DNA of 32,000 nucleotides from Methanocaldococcus jannaschii DSM 2661. GTDB lineage: Archaea; AGJL01; Methanococci; Methanococcales; Methanocaldococcaceae. The notes below the pieces were generated by a model that worked only from the letters and a program-made list of their open reading frames with translations, ran no database searches and had not been told where the DNA came from. The position numbers and the translations under genes are program-made. Where the stretch lies: NCBI RefSeq assembly GCF_000091665.1, contig NC_000909.1:1279460-1311459 (forward strand), given 5' to 3'. This document shows, piece by piece, positions 10,375-18,889 of this stretch (positions are counted from its first letter, which is position 1; each line of letters begins with the position of its first letter).

Positions 10375-11637
10375 TTAGATAACTGTCTCTTCTGGATAAG
10401 CAGGCATTTTGTGTTCTGCCATATCCAATCCCATTTTTTCTTCTTCTTCACTAACTCTTAATCCACCTAATGCAATACCAACAATCTTCGCTAAAATATA
10501 TCCAAGCCCTGTTCCATAAATAATACAAAATACTGCTCCAATTATCTGGTCTATTAAACTAACGCCTCCTGCTCCACCAAATATTTTTAATCCTAAAATT
10601 CCAGTTAAGATTGCTCCTATAACACCTGCAGTTCCATGGACAGGCACTACGCCACAGACATCATCCAATCCTGCTTTTTCAACAAGTTTATAGACAATTG
10701 GAACTTGCAATCCAGCAATTAAACCAATTATTAATCCACCTATTGGGCTAACAACATCTGTCCCTGAACAGATTGCAACTAAACCAGCGACTATTCCGTT
10801 GGCTGTAAATAGAACATCATTTCTTGAAGCAATTAATGCCCCTATTCCTCCTCCAGCCATTGCCATTGTAGTTGTAGCACATACAAGCCCTGAAATATCT
10901 CCTAAAGCCAATGAACTACCTACGTTGAATCCATACCAACCAATTGCCAATGCAAATGCCCCAAATACTGCCATTGGAATGTTGTGTCCCAATATTGGAA
11001 CTGGTCTTCCATCAACAAATCTTCCAATTCTTGGACCTAATGCTGCAATTGCTCCCAAAGCTAAAAAACCACCTAAACCATGAACAACCAAACTTCCAGC
11101 ATAGTCATGCCATGGAACTATACTTGCTCCCCAAGGTCCTAAATATACGAAGAGAGGATATAATAGACCTGTAATAATCAATGAAATTAGAACATAAGCA
11201 CTGAATTTTATTCTCTCTGCAACTCCTCCAGAGACAATTGTTGCAGCAGTAGCACAGAAGACAAGACCAAAGAACCAGCTTGCTAAGTCCAATCCATTAT
11301 TTGGCCAGTTTGTTCCAAGTATTTGTTTCCACCAATCTATAAATGCAGATAAATCAAAACCTTTTGAACATAAAATTCCACCAATGAATAACCATGCAAC
11401 ACAACCAATCAACCAATCAACCATGTTCTTCATCATAACATTATTAACATTTTTCTTCCTTACCTGACCACCTTCAAGCATCGCAAAGCCCCACTGCATC
11501 ATAAAGACAAGAACTCCCATTACTACAAGGAAGAACACATCTGAAGCATTTGCTAAGGTGGTCAATGCCTGAACTATTGAATGTATATCTGTGGCATTCG
11601 CAAACAAATCCGCAGTAGCTATGTTTTCACCCCACAA
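10375..11637 (-). CDS. amt: Ammonium transporter (Amt family)
   Basis: About 11 TM segments with family motifs MMQWGFAMLEGG, VHGLGGFLAL, GWYGFN and VPVHGTAG. The start is a TTG and is uncertain by a few codons. Confidence 0.9.
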   Translation of the reverse strand: MWGENIATADLFANATDIHSIVQALTTLANASDVFFLVVMGVLVFMMQWGFAMLEGGQVRKKNVNNVMMKNMVDWLIGCVAWLFIGGILCSKGFDLSAFIDWWKQILGTNWPNNGLDLASWFFGLVFCATAATIVSGGVAERIKFSAYVLISLIITGLLYPLFVYLGPWGASIVPWHDYAGSLVVHGLGGFLALGAIAALGPRIGRFVDGRPVPILGHNIPMAVFGAFALAIGWYGFNVGSSLALGDISGLVCATTTMAMAGGGIGALIASRNDVLFTANGIVAGLVAICSGTDVVSPIGGLIIGLIAGLQVPIVYKLVEKAGLDDVCGVVPVHGTAGVIGAILTGILGLKIFGGAGGVSLIDQIIGAVFCIIYGTGLGYILAKIVGIALGGLRVSEEEEKMGLDMAEHKMPAYPEETVI

Positions 11638-11664
11638 CTCTCTTTAAATTACATAATTAAATTT

Positions 11665-12049
<385 letters not shown>

Positions 12050-12058
12050 TAGGGAAAA

Positions 12059-12072
12059 GGAAATTACATTCC
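12059..12072 (-). promoter_or_regulatory. NrpR-type nitrogen operator GGAA-N6-TTCC upstream of glnK-amt
   Basis: The perfect palindrome ggaaattacattcc lies about 55 nt upstream of the glnK ATG and about 25-30 nt downstream of a TATA-like TTTTTATAC (minus strand, plus coordinates about 12089-12097). Confidence 0.7.
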
Positions 12073-12453
12073 TAACTACTCTAAAAATAGTATAAAAACT
12101 TTTCGGTAATTTATAGAGCCAAGTATAAAAATGTAGGAAATGCAAAATAAACAAATATTGGGATAAACAAGTAATTTATGGACTTTTATAATTAAATTTT
12201 TATATTTATAATTATATTATAGCGTATAATGTCATAAAACAATTAATACCCCAATCTTATTAACTTTAAATAAACTAATGTGGAAATAATATGGAAATAA
12301 AAGAAAATATCCAGTATTCACAGATAGAAAAATTTATATTTTACACTAAAATAATTTTAATAAATAATATCATAGTAATAATAATTTAACGAAATTCGTA
12401 AAATAGGGGGATTAAAATCGCATATTGCTAAAACCTTGGGGGAGGGGGTGAAT

Positions 12454-13380
12454 ATGGAAATATATAATGAAAGCATTTTATGGGATGAATATTTTGATGC
12501 ACTTGAAAAAAGAAATTATGAAAAAGCCCTATTATTGATAGACAAAATCTTAGAGGTTAGGGAATCTCCCGATGTTTATGTAAGAAAAGCAAGAATATTA
12601 AGAACATTGGGGGAAAATGATAAAGCATTAGAATATTTTGATAAAGCGTTAAAATTAAAACCAAAATATATTTTAGCAAATTTTTTAAAAGGAGCTTTAT
12701 TGGTAAGTTTGGGTAAATTAGAAGAAGCAAAAGAGGTATTCTTAAAATTATGCAGATTAGAAAAATCTGATTTACCTGTTAAATATGTAACTGCCTTTAT
12801 ACTAAAAAAACTTGGAGAGTATGATTATGCATTAAAAATTATTGATAAAATATTGAAAAAATATCCAAAATCAGCTATTGCCTGGGCTGAAAAAGGGGAA
12901 ATATTATATAGAGAAGGCAAACTTAAAAAATCATTAGAATGTTTTGATAATGCTTTAAAAATAAATCCCAAAGATTGCCAGTCCTTATTGTACAAAGGAG
13001 AAATATTATTTAAACTTGGAAGATATGGAGAAGCATTAAAATGTCTAAAAAAAGTTTTTGAAAGAAATAATAAAGATATTCGTGCATTAATGTACATAAT
13101 ACAAATTTTGATTTATCTTGGAAGATTAAATCAAGCCCTTGAATATACTAAAAAAGCTTTAAAATTGAATCCAGATGACCCATTACTTTATCTATACAAG
13201 GGTATTATACTAAACAAGCTTGGAAAATATAATGAAGCTATAAAATATTTTGATAAAGTGCTGGAAATTAACCCAAATATTCCAGATGCTTGGAATGGGA
13301 AAGCCATAGCTCTCGAAAAACTTGGAAAAATTAATGAAGCTATAGAGTGTTACAATAGAGCACTTGATATTTATGAATAA
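12454..13380 (+). CDS. TPR repeat protein (about 8 tandem TPR units)
   Basis: Recurring 34-aa units such as A..YFDKALKLKP, AW..KG..L...GK..EA..CF..AL.I.P and A..YFDKVLEINP. A strong GGGGGAGGGGGTGA precedes ATG 12454 (the track start at 12436 is TTG). Confidence 0.85.
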   Translation: MEIYNESILWDEYFDALEKRNYEKALLLIDKILEVRESPDVYVRKARILRTLGENDKALEYFDKALKLKPKYILANFLKGALLVSLGKLEEAKEVFLKLCRLEKSDLPVKYVTAFILKKLGEYDYALKIIDKILKKYPKSAIAWAEKGEILYREGKLKKSLECFDNALKINPKDCQSLLYKGEILFKLGRYGEALKCLKKVFERNNKDIRALMYIIQILIYLGRLNQALEYTKKALKLNPDDPLLYLYKGIILNKLGKYNEAIKYFDKVLEINPNIPDAWNGKAIALEKLGKINEAIECYNRALDIYE

Positions 13381-13417
13381 ATTTTTATATTTTAATTTAA
13401 ATTGAATATACCGTAAA

Positions 13418-13429
13418 TTATATATATAT
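13418..13429 (+). promoter_or_regulatory. glnA TATA box
   Basis: ttatatatatat is preceded by a BRE-like ccgtaaa and lies about 60 nt upstream of the glnA ATG. Confidence 0.55.
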
Positions 13430-13450
13430 GGAAGTAGGAAACTTACTTCC
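13430..13450 (+). promoter_or_regulatory. NrpR-type nitrogen operator at glnA (GGAA-N6-TTCC nested in a longer palindrome)
   Basis: ggaaacttacttcc (13437-13450) is a perfect GGAA-N6-TTCC. The extended palindrome ggaagta...tacttcc (13430-13436 / 13444-13450) directly abuts the TATA box. Confidence 0.75.
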
Positions 13451-13485
13451 AGAATTATTCAATCAAATTGCATTGGGGGATGGAA

Positions 13486-14832
13486 ATGAACGTCGAACAA
13501 GCAATAGAATATGTAAAGAAGAACAACGTTAAGTTCATAAGATTCCAGTTCGTAGATATCTTAGGATTCCCAAAAAATGTCGCATACCCAGTTAAGGCTG
13601 GAGAAAAAGGAATCGAAGAATTAAGAGAAATCTTTGAAAATGGAGTTTGGTTTGATGGTTCATCAATTACCGGTTTTGTTGGTATTGAAGAATCAGATAT
13701 GTTATTAAAACCAGATTTATCAACACTCTCTGTTTTACCATGGAGACCTGAAGAGAAAAGTGTTGCAAGAGTTATCTGTGATGTTTATAAAGATGAGAAG
13801 ACACCATTCGAAGGAGACCCAAGAAGCAGATTAAAAGCTATTTTAGAAGAATTAAAGAAAGAAATGAATGGAGAATACTTTGTTGGTCCAGAACCAGAGT
13901 TCTTCTTGTTAAAGAGAGACCCACACAACCCACACAGATGGGTTCCTGCTGACGATGGAGGTTACTTTGATGTTGAACCATTAGACGACGCTCCAGACAT
14001 TAGAAGAGATATCGTCTTAGCTTTAGAAAACCTCGGCTTCCACGTTGAGGCATCACACCACGAAGTCGCTCCAGGACAGCACGAAGTTGATTTCAAATTC
14101 GACAACGCTTTAAAGACAGCTGATAGCGTTATAACATTCAAGATGACAATCAAAAACATTGCTAAGAAGCACGGTTTAAAAGCTACATTCATGCCAAAAC
14201 CATTCTTTGGAATGAACGGAAACGGAATGCACTGCCACCAGAGTGTCTGGTTTAACGGAGAACCATCATTCTACGACCCAGAAGGGCCTTACAATGGATT
14301 AAGTGAAACATGTTTAAGCTACATTGCTGGAATCTTAAGCCACGCTAAGGCATTAGTTGCTATAACAAACCCAACAGTTAATTCATACAAGAGATTAGTC
14401 CCAGGTTACGAAGCTCCTGTAAATATCGCATGGGCAAACAAGAACAGAAGTGCTATCATCAGAGTCCCAGCTGCAAGAGGAAAAGCTACAAGAATCGAGT
14501 TCAGAGCTCCAGACCCAACATGCAACCCATACTTAGCATTTGCATGTATGTTAGCTGCTGGATTAGATGGAATTAAGAAGAAGATGACAGCTCCAGAGCC
14601 AGTTGAGAGAAACATCTTCAAGATGTCAGAAGAAGAGAAAAAGCAGTTAGGAATTGAGTCAGTTCCTGCAAACTTAGCTGCTGCATTGGATGAGTTAGAA
14701 TGTGATGAAGTCTTGCAGAAAGCTTTAGGAAAACACATATATGAAAACTACATGGAAATCAAGAGAGCTGAGTGGGATGACTTCAGAACAGCAGTTACTG
14801 ACTGGGAGACAGGTAAATACTTAATCTACTAA
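13486..14832 (+). CDS. glnA: Glutamine synthetase, type I
   Basis: Full-length GS motifs are present: FQFVDILG, GPEPEFFL, HHEVAPGQHE, NGMHCHQS, NSYKRLVPGYEAP and RIEFR.PD. The start is either ATG 13486 (MNVEQ, GGGGGA 6 nt upstream) or ATG 13480. Confidence 0.95.
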   Translation: MNVEQAIEYVKKNNVKFIRFQFVDILGFPKNVAYPVKAGEKGIEELREIFENGVWFDGSSITGFVGIEESDMLLKPDLSTLSVLPWRPEEKSVARVICDVYKDEKTPFEGDPRSRLKAILEELKKEMNGEYFVGPEPEFFLLKRDPHNPHRWVPADDGGYFDVEPLDDAPDIRRDIVLALENLGFHVEASHHEVAPGQHEVDFKFDNALKTADSVITFKMTIKNIAKKHGLKATFMPKPFFGMNGNGMHCHQSVWFNGEPSFYDPEGPYNGLSETCLSYIAGILSHAKALVAITNPTVNSYKRLVPGYEAPVNIAWANKNRSAIIRVPAARGKATRIEFRAPDPTCNPYLAFACMLAAGLDGIKKKMTAPEPVERNIFKMSEEEKKQLGIESVPANLAAALDELECDEVLQKALGKHIYENYMEIKRAEWDDFRTAVTDWETGKYLIY

Positions 14833-14834
14833 AA

Positions 14835-14860
14835 TTTCTTCTCTTTTACCTTTTTTTATT
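14835..14860 (+). terminator. Oligo-T tract after glnA
   Basis: tttcttctcttttaccttttttta includes a T7 run at 14851-14857, directly after the stop. Confidence 0.35.
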
Positions 14861-14921
14861 ACAGCAAAATTCCAAAGATTCCAATTATTTAATTTTAATA
14901 TAATTTTAAAAGGTGATTATT

Positions 14922-15620
14922 ATGAAGGCAATAACTGTTTTAAGTGGTGGATTAGATTCTACAGTAGTCACACTGATAGCTAAAGATTTAGGTTATGAAG
15001 TTACGGCAATAACTTTTAACTATGGGCAAAGAGCGGCTAAGAGAGAGATTAATTCAGCAAAGAAGATTTGTGAGATTTTGGGTATTGAACACATTGTTGT
15101 AGATTTACCATTCGTTAAACAGTTTGGAAAAAGCTCTTTAATAACTGAAAAGGAAATTCCAACATTAAAAATGGAAGAGTTAGATAGTGAGAAAGCTTAT
15201 GAAACAATGAAGGCTGTATGGGTTCCAGCAAGGAATGTAATCATGTTTGGTATAGCAAGCGGATTTGCTGAGGCATTGGATGCAGAGAAGATATTCATTG
15301 GAATAAATAAAGAGGAAGGAGTTACTTTCCCAGACAACACAATAGAATTTGTTGAGGCATTTAATAAAGTTTTGGAGTATGGAACACTAAATAAGGTTAA
15401 GATAGAAGCTCCTCTATATGACAAAACAAAGGAGGAGATTGTTAAATTAGGGGCTGAATTGGAGAAAAAGCTTGGTGTTGAGGTTTTGAAATATAGTTAT
15501 TCATGCTATCATGATAATGGAGAGGACTTTTTACACTGTGGGAAGTGTGAGAGCTGTATGAGAAGGAAGAGAGCTTTTTTAATGGCTGGAGTTGAAGATA
15601 AGACAAAGTATATTGAATAG
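14922..15620 (+). CDS. queC: 7-cyano-7-deazaguanine synthase (archaeosine/queuosine pathway)
   Basis: PP-loop VLSGGLDST and the C-terminal Zn cluster C.....HCGKCESC. AGGTGA lies 6 nt before ATG 14922. Confidence 0.9.
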   Translation: MKAITVLSGGLDSTVVTLIAKDLGYEVTAITFNYGQRAAKREINSAKKICEILGIEHIVVDLPFVKQFGKSSLITEKEIPTLKMEELDSEKAYETMKAVWVPARNVIMFGIASGFAEALDAEKIFIGINKEEGVTFPDNTIEFVEAFNKVLEYGTLNKVKIEAPLYDKTKEEIVKLGAELEKKLGVEVLKYSYSCYHDNGEDFLHCGKCESCMRRKRAFLMAGVEDKTKYIE

Positions 15621-15684
15621 GAAGATTGATTCTTTAATATGTTGATTTTTTATTTTGAGATGTTTAGAGCTTAATTGGGAGATT

Positions 15685-16665
15685 ATGAACAAAGATTCGT
15701 CAAATTTTCTATACAAATATTGGCTTAAAGGATGTGAGTTTTATAATAAAAAGGACTACGATAAAGCAATAGAGTATTTTAGTTTATCTAATAAAATCTT
15801 TAAAGAAAATGTCCCAAAATGTGATTATTATGGACTTAGAGAAGAGGCTTATAAAGAAATTTTAAATAACAACATTGAAGAAGGAATTAAAAAATTCGAC
15901 TGGTTTGTTGAAGGGATTTTGGCAGATGGAGATTATTATAATTTAAGTGGAGAGTTATCAACTATTGCCTCAATATTTGCAAAGATTGGGAAATTAGATA
16001 TTACAAAAAACTTTTTAAATAGTGGGGGAGAGTGGATTTATAACGATGTTATTAAAGATGCTAATTCAGAGGATATTTTAAAAAGTGTTTTAACTTTTGA
16101 CTTTAGCTATGAAGAAAGAAAAGAAATCTTAAACAGAGAGCCTCATTTAAGAAAACTATTTGAAGATAATATATATAATTTCAATTCAGATTTCTTTGAT
16201 TTTATGATGATGTTTTTTATAGGGGCTGGAAATTGGAAAAGATTTTTAGAAGTTTATGAGGAATTTAAAAATAAAATTAAAAGTTGCCAAATATCTAATG
16301 AGATTGTCAATGAAATCATTAAAAGATTTGACAAATCAATGAGTGATTTATTGGCTATTGCCCATCTACTAAAAGAAAATTATGAAAAATGCCTTTATTA
16401 TGTTATGCTATTTAAGGAATATTTTGATTTAGATGAATTTAATGAAATTGAGAAAAATAAGATTAATCTAATTGTGGATATTGCATATAATTTAAAAAAT
16501 GGCAATGTAAAAAAAGAAGAATGGCTAAATAGGTTAAATGAAATCTATAAAGAGATTATAAAACGACCATTACCAAATACCTATAAAGATGCCCATAATG
16601 ATGATTTATTAAATGAAATCTTGGATTATTATGTTTTGAAAGAGTTTATTGAAAAAAAGTTATAG
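15685..16665 (+). CDS. Hypothetical protein (helical, one TPR-like unit near N-terminus)
   Basis: ORF with GGGAG before ATG 15685. [20 protein letters not shown] looks TPR-like. I recognise no family. Confidence 0.5.
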
Positions 16666-16671
16666 TTGAAT

Positions 16672-17745
16672 TTAATCCTTTTTAACTCTCTTTTTCTTTA
16701 ATTCAACAAGTTTTTCAACTGCTTCTAAATCAACGTTCTCATCATAGGTTATATAACCATTATAAACTGCTCTCTTAAAGAATCCTTCTCCCCACTTGTT
16801 TCTTATTAAGACTGTTGAATAGCCTTTCTCAGTTCCCACATTACCAACTGAAATATCTGATGTTAAGCCAGTGAAATCTCCGCAAACCTTGCAACCATTC
16901 CTCATTGCAGACTCAACATCTTTAAGCTTATATTCAACAGTGTTTCCATTGATTAAGGTTATCTTTAACTTACCAGATTCGATATCCATCTTTTTAACTT
17001 CCCATGGCTCTATGCCATCTTCATTAAGCTTTTTAATCATCTTGCTGTAATCATAAGTCTCAAAACAGAACAGGGCAATTTTTAATCTTATAGCTTCTCT
17101 GAATGGCTTTAATAAGTCGTTATCTGATGATAGTATCTGATAGATAGCGTTTATAACACAAGGAGTCCCAACAACAGCTAATTTTTTAAGTTTCTTTTCC
17201 ATAACTGCTGTTTTTAACGCCTTTAATATTGGACCTTTCCATAGGTATTTGCTACCAGCAGACTTTAAAACATCTTCTTTTGATAACGCCAAATATGATT
17301 CTGGCTCTAAAGTCCATTTGTCATCCATCATTACAATGGCTCCATCTATTAATCCTTCATCAAACGCATTTGCCAATATGGCTGTTACAACTCCACCATT
17401 TTGGGCATTCTTTATCTCTATTGATGCTTTAGCTCTAACTGCCTTTAATATATTCCCCAATCCCTTTGGTTTTGGAATAGCAGATTTTTTTATCCTTGGG
17501 CAGGCATCGTAACAAGCTCCACAAGGGACGTCATAAACTACTGTCTTACAGAACTCTGCTGAAATTGGATGCTCAACGATATCTGCTGGGACTATTATAC
17601 AGGAACATTCATCGCACTCAAACTTTACTGGGCTTTCTTCTCTAAAATATAGGTTATTTACTGGACAAACTGCAACACAAGCTCCACAACCACTACATCT
17701 ATTAGTATCCCAAACTTCCTCTTTTAGGTTTTTGTAAGATTTCAT
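16672..17745 (-). CDS. FrhB/FdhB-family F420-binding iron-sulfur protein (coenzyme F420 hydrogenase/dehydrogenase beta subunit-like)
   Basis: N-terminal ferredoxin motifs CSGCGACVAVCP and CGACYDACP are followed by the FrhB-type body (VVGTPC..., GYSTVLIRN..G). AGGTGA lies 6 nt before ATG 17745. Confidence 0.8.
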   Translation of the reverse strand: MKSYKNLKEEVWDTNRCSGCGACVAVCPVNNLYFREESPVKFECDECSCIIVPADIVEHPISAEFCKTVVYDVPCGACYDACPRIKKSAIPKPKGLGNILKAVRAKASIEIKNAQNGGVVTAILANAFDEGLIDGAIVMMDDKWTLEPESYLALSKEDVLKSAGSKYLWKGPILKALKTAVMEKKLKKLAVVGTPCVINAIYQILSSDNDLLKPFREAIRLKIALFCFETYDYSKMIKKLNEDGIEPWEVKKMDIESGKLKITLINGNTVEYKLKDVESAMRNGCKVCGDFTGLTSDISVGNVGTEKGYSTVLIRNKWGEGFFKRAVYNGYITYDENVDLEAVEKLVELKKKRVKKD

Positions 17746-17825
17746 TAATCTCACCTAAGGCTCATTTTGGTGTTTCTTCTAAATAGTTTTAAAAATTGAT
17801 AAAAATTTCTATTAAATTACATTAA

Positions 17826-17912
17826 GTCGGGGAGTATAGAGCTTCCGCAACCATAGGGCTTCGCCTATTGGAATACTCCAGAGTGGGCTTCACTGCGTTC
17901 AGTCCCACTGTT
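17826..17912. ncRNA. GC-rich structured element (candidate small RNA or intercistronic RNA structure); strand undetermined
   Basis: This noncoding stretch is about 55% G+C by hand count, in a window that is AT-rich by eye. Nested helices are ggagtat(17831-37)/atactcc(17873-79), atagg(17853-57)/cctat(17864-68), agtggg(17882-87)/cccact(17904-09) and actg(17892-95)/cagt(17900-03). Confidence 0.35.
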
Positions 17913-17966
17913 ATAATAATGGACATTAATTAGGACTGAAAGTCTAACTTAATGGACGAGTTTTGA

Positions 17967-17989
17967 TGAAACTTTTACTAAAAGTTTCA
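17967..17989 (-). terminator. 10-bp perfect hairpin whose stem includes the stop codon of the GXGXG-subunit gene
   Basis: tgaaactttt (17967-76) pairs with aaaagtttca (17980-89) around a 3-nt loop. The TGA stop (17987-89, minus strand) lies inside the stem. Confidence 0.4.
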
Positions 17990-18763
17990 CATTAAGTCAG
18001 GAGTATATAACTTACCGAATGGTCTTTTTGAGATTGGTGCTATTTTTGTCCATTTTGAATTCAATAGTTTATTTTTAACATCTTCTGGCAGATTAAACCA
18101 TTTGCAGAATTCTTCAATGTATGGTTTTATTTTTTCTAAATCCTCTTCAGTAAATTCTTTTATATCTGCAGCAACACCTAATTGGTCTTTGTCTATCTCT
18201 CCTCTAATATAAATTGCCCCTCCATGAATTCCAGTTCCTATCATTCTTCCTTTAACCTTTCCTAAATCATTTCCTTTTTCATCAATGTTTAAGACAATTA
18301 TAATACCTCCAGCCATATATTCTCCTAAGAAATCCTTAGCTCTTCCACCAATCACAAGAACTGGAACTTTATCTTTATAAGCTTTCATGTGAATTCCACT
18401 TCTATAACCAACATCCCCTCTAACAAAAACCTTTCCTCCTCTCATTGAGTGGGCGGTTACATCCCCACTACTTCCATAGATAACTATTGTTCCATCATCC
18501 ATCGTGTTTCCAGGAGCAAATTCAGCATTTCCATGAACTATTATTGTAGGGCCGCTCATAAACATTCCTAAATCTCCACCAGGAATGCCGTAAATCTCTA
18601 TAGTTAAATCTTTCTTCTGTATTCCATCGGCAATAAACCTCTGCCCTAAAACGTTTTTTAAGACAATTTTTTTAATGTCTGGATTTTCCCTTAAAATTTC
18701 ATGTATTTTTTCATTCAGCTCTCTATAGTGCATATCCTTTGCATCTATAACAACCTCTTCCAT
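17987..18763 (-). CDS. Glutamate synthase, GXGXG-motif (alpha-subunit C-terminal domain) protein
   Basis: Repeated G.G motifs of the beta-helix domain (GIPGGDLGMFMSG, VHGNA....GNTMDDG, IYGSSGD, VRGDVGYRSG, GGIIIV, GIHGGAIYIRG). AGGTGA lies 6 nt before ATG 18763. Confidence 0.85.
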   Translation of the reverse strand: MEEVVIDAKDMHYRELNEKIHEILRENPDIKKIVLKNVLGQRFIADGIQKKDLTIEIYGIPGGDLGMFMSGPTIIVHGNAEFAPGNTMDDGTIVIYGSSGDVTAHSMRGGKVFVRGDVGYRSGIHMKAYKDKVPVLVIGGRAKDFLGEYMAGGIIIVLNIDEKGNDLGKVKGRMIGTGIHGGAIYIRGEIDKDQLGVAADIKEFTEEDLEKIKPYIEEFCKWFNLPEDVKNKLLNSKWTKIAPISKRPFGKLYTPDLM

Positions 18764-18791
18764 GCCTTTCACCTTTAAAAATTAAAAAATT

Positions 18792-18889
18792 TAAATAGAA
18801 CTTTCACAGTTTATATGCTGATTTTGGAATTTAGATGCCAAAGGCATCACCCTTCAATAAAGTATTTTTATTTGTGAAAGTTCTATTTA
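18792..18889 (-). repeat. 17-bp perfect inverted repeat enclosing an inner 6-bp hairpin; fills the gltB-FMN / GXGXG intercistronic spacer
   Basis: taaatagaactttcaca (18792-18808) is the reverse complement of tgtgaaagttctattta (18873-18889). The inner hairpin is gatgcc-aaa-ggcatc (18834-18848). The right arm contains the TAA stop (18887-89) of the upstream cistron. Confidence 0.6.

Noticed and set aside
12291-12389. 32-aa ORF MEIKENIQYSQIEKF... in the long AT-rich glnK/TPR divergent spacer. It shares aatatggaaata with the real TPR gene start.
   Set aside because: It has no RBS and its composition is low-complexity and AT-driven. The 12-nt match is unremarkable in AT-rich DNA.
17933-17969. Possible C/D-box sRNA: CUGA at about 17936-17939 and UGAUGA at 17964-17969 on the plus strand.
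   Set aside because: The boxes are in the wrong order (D-like before C-like). There is no matching C'/D' pair and no terminal stem. The minus strand has no C box.
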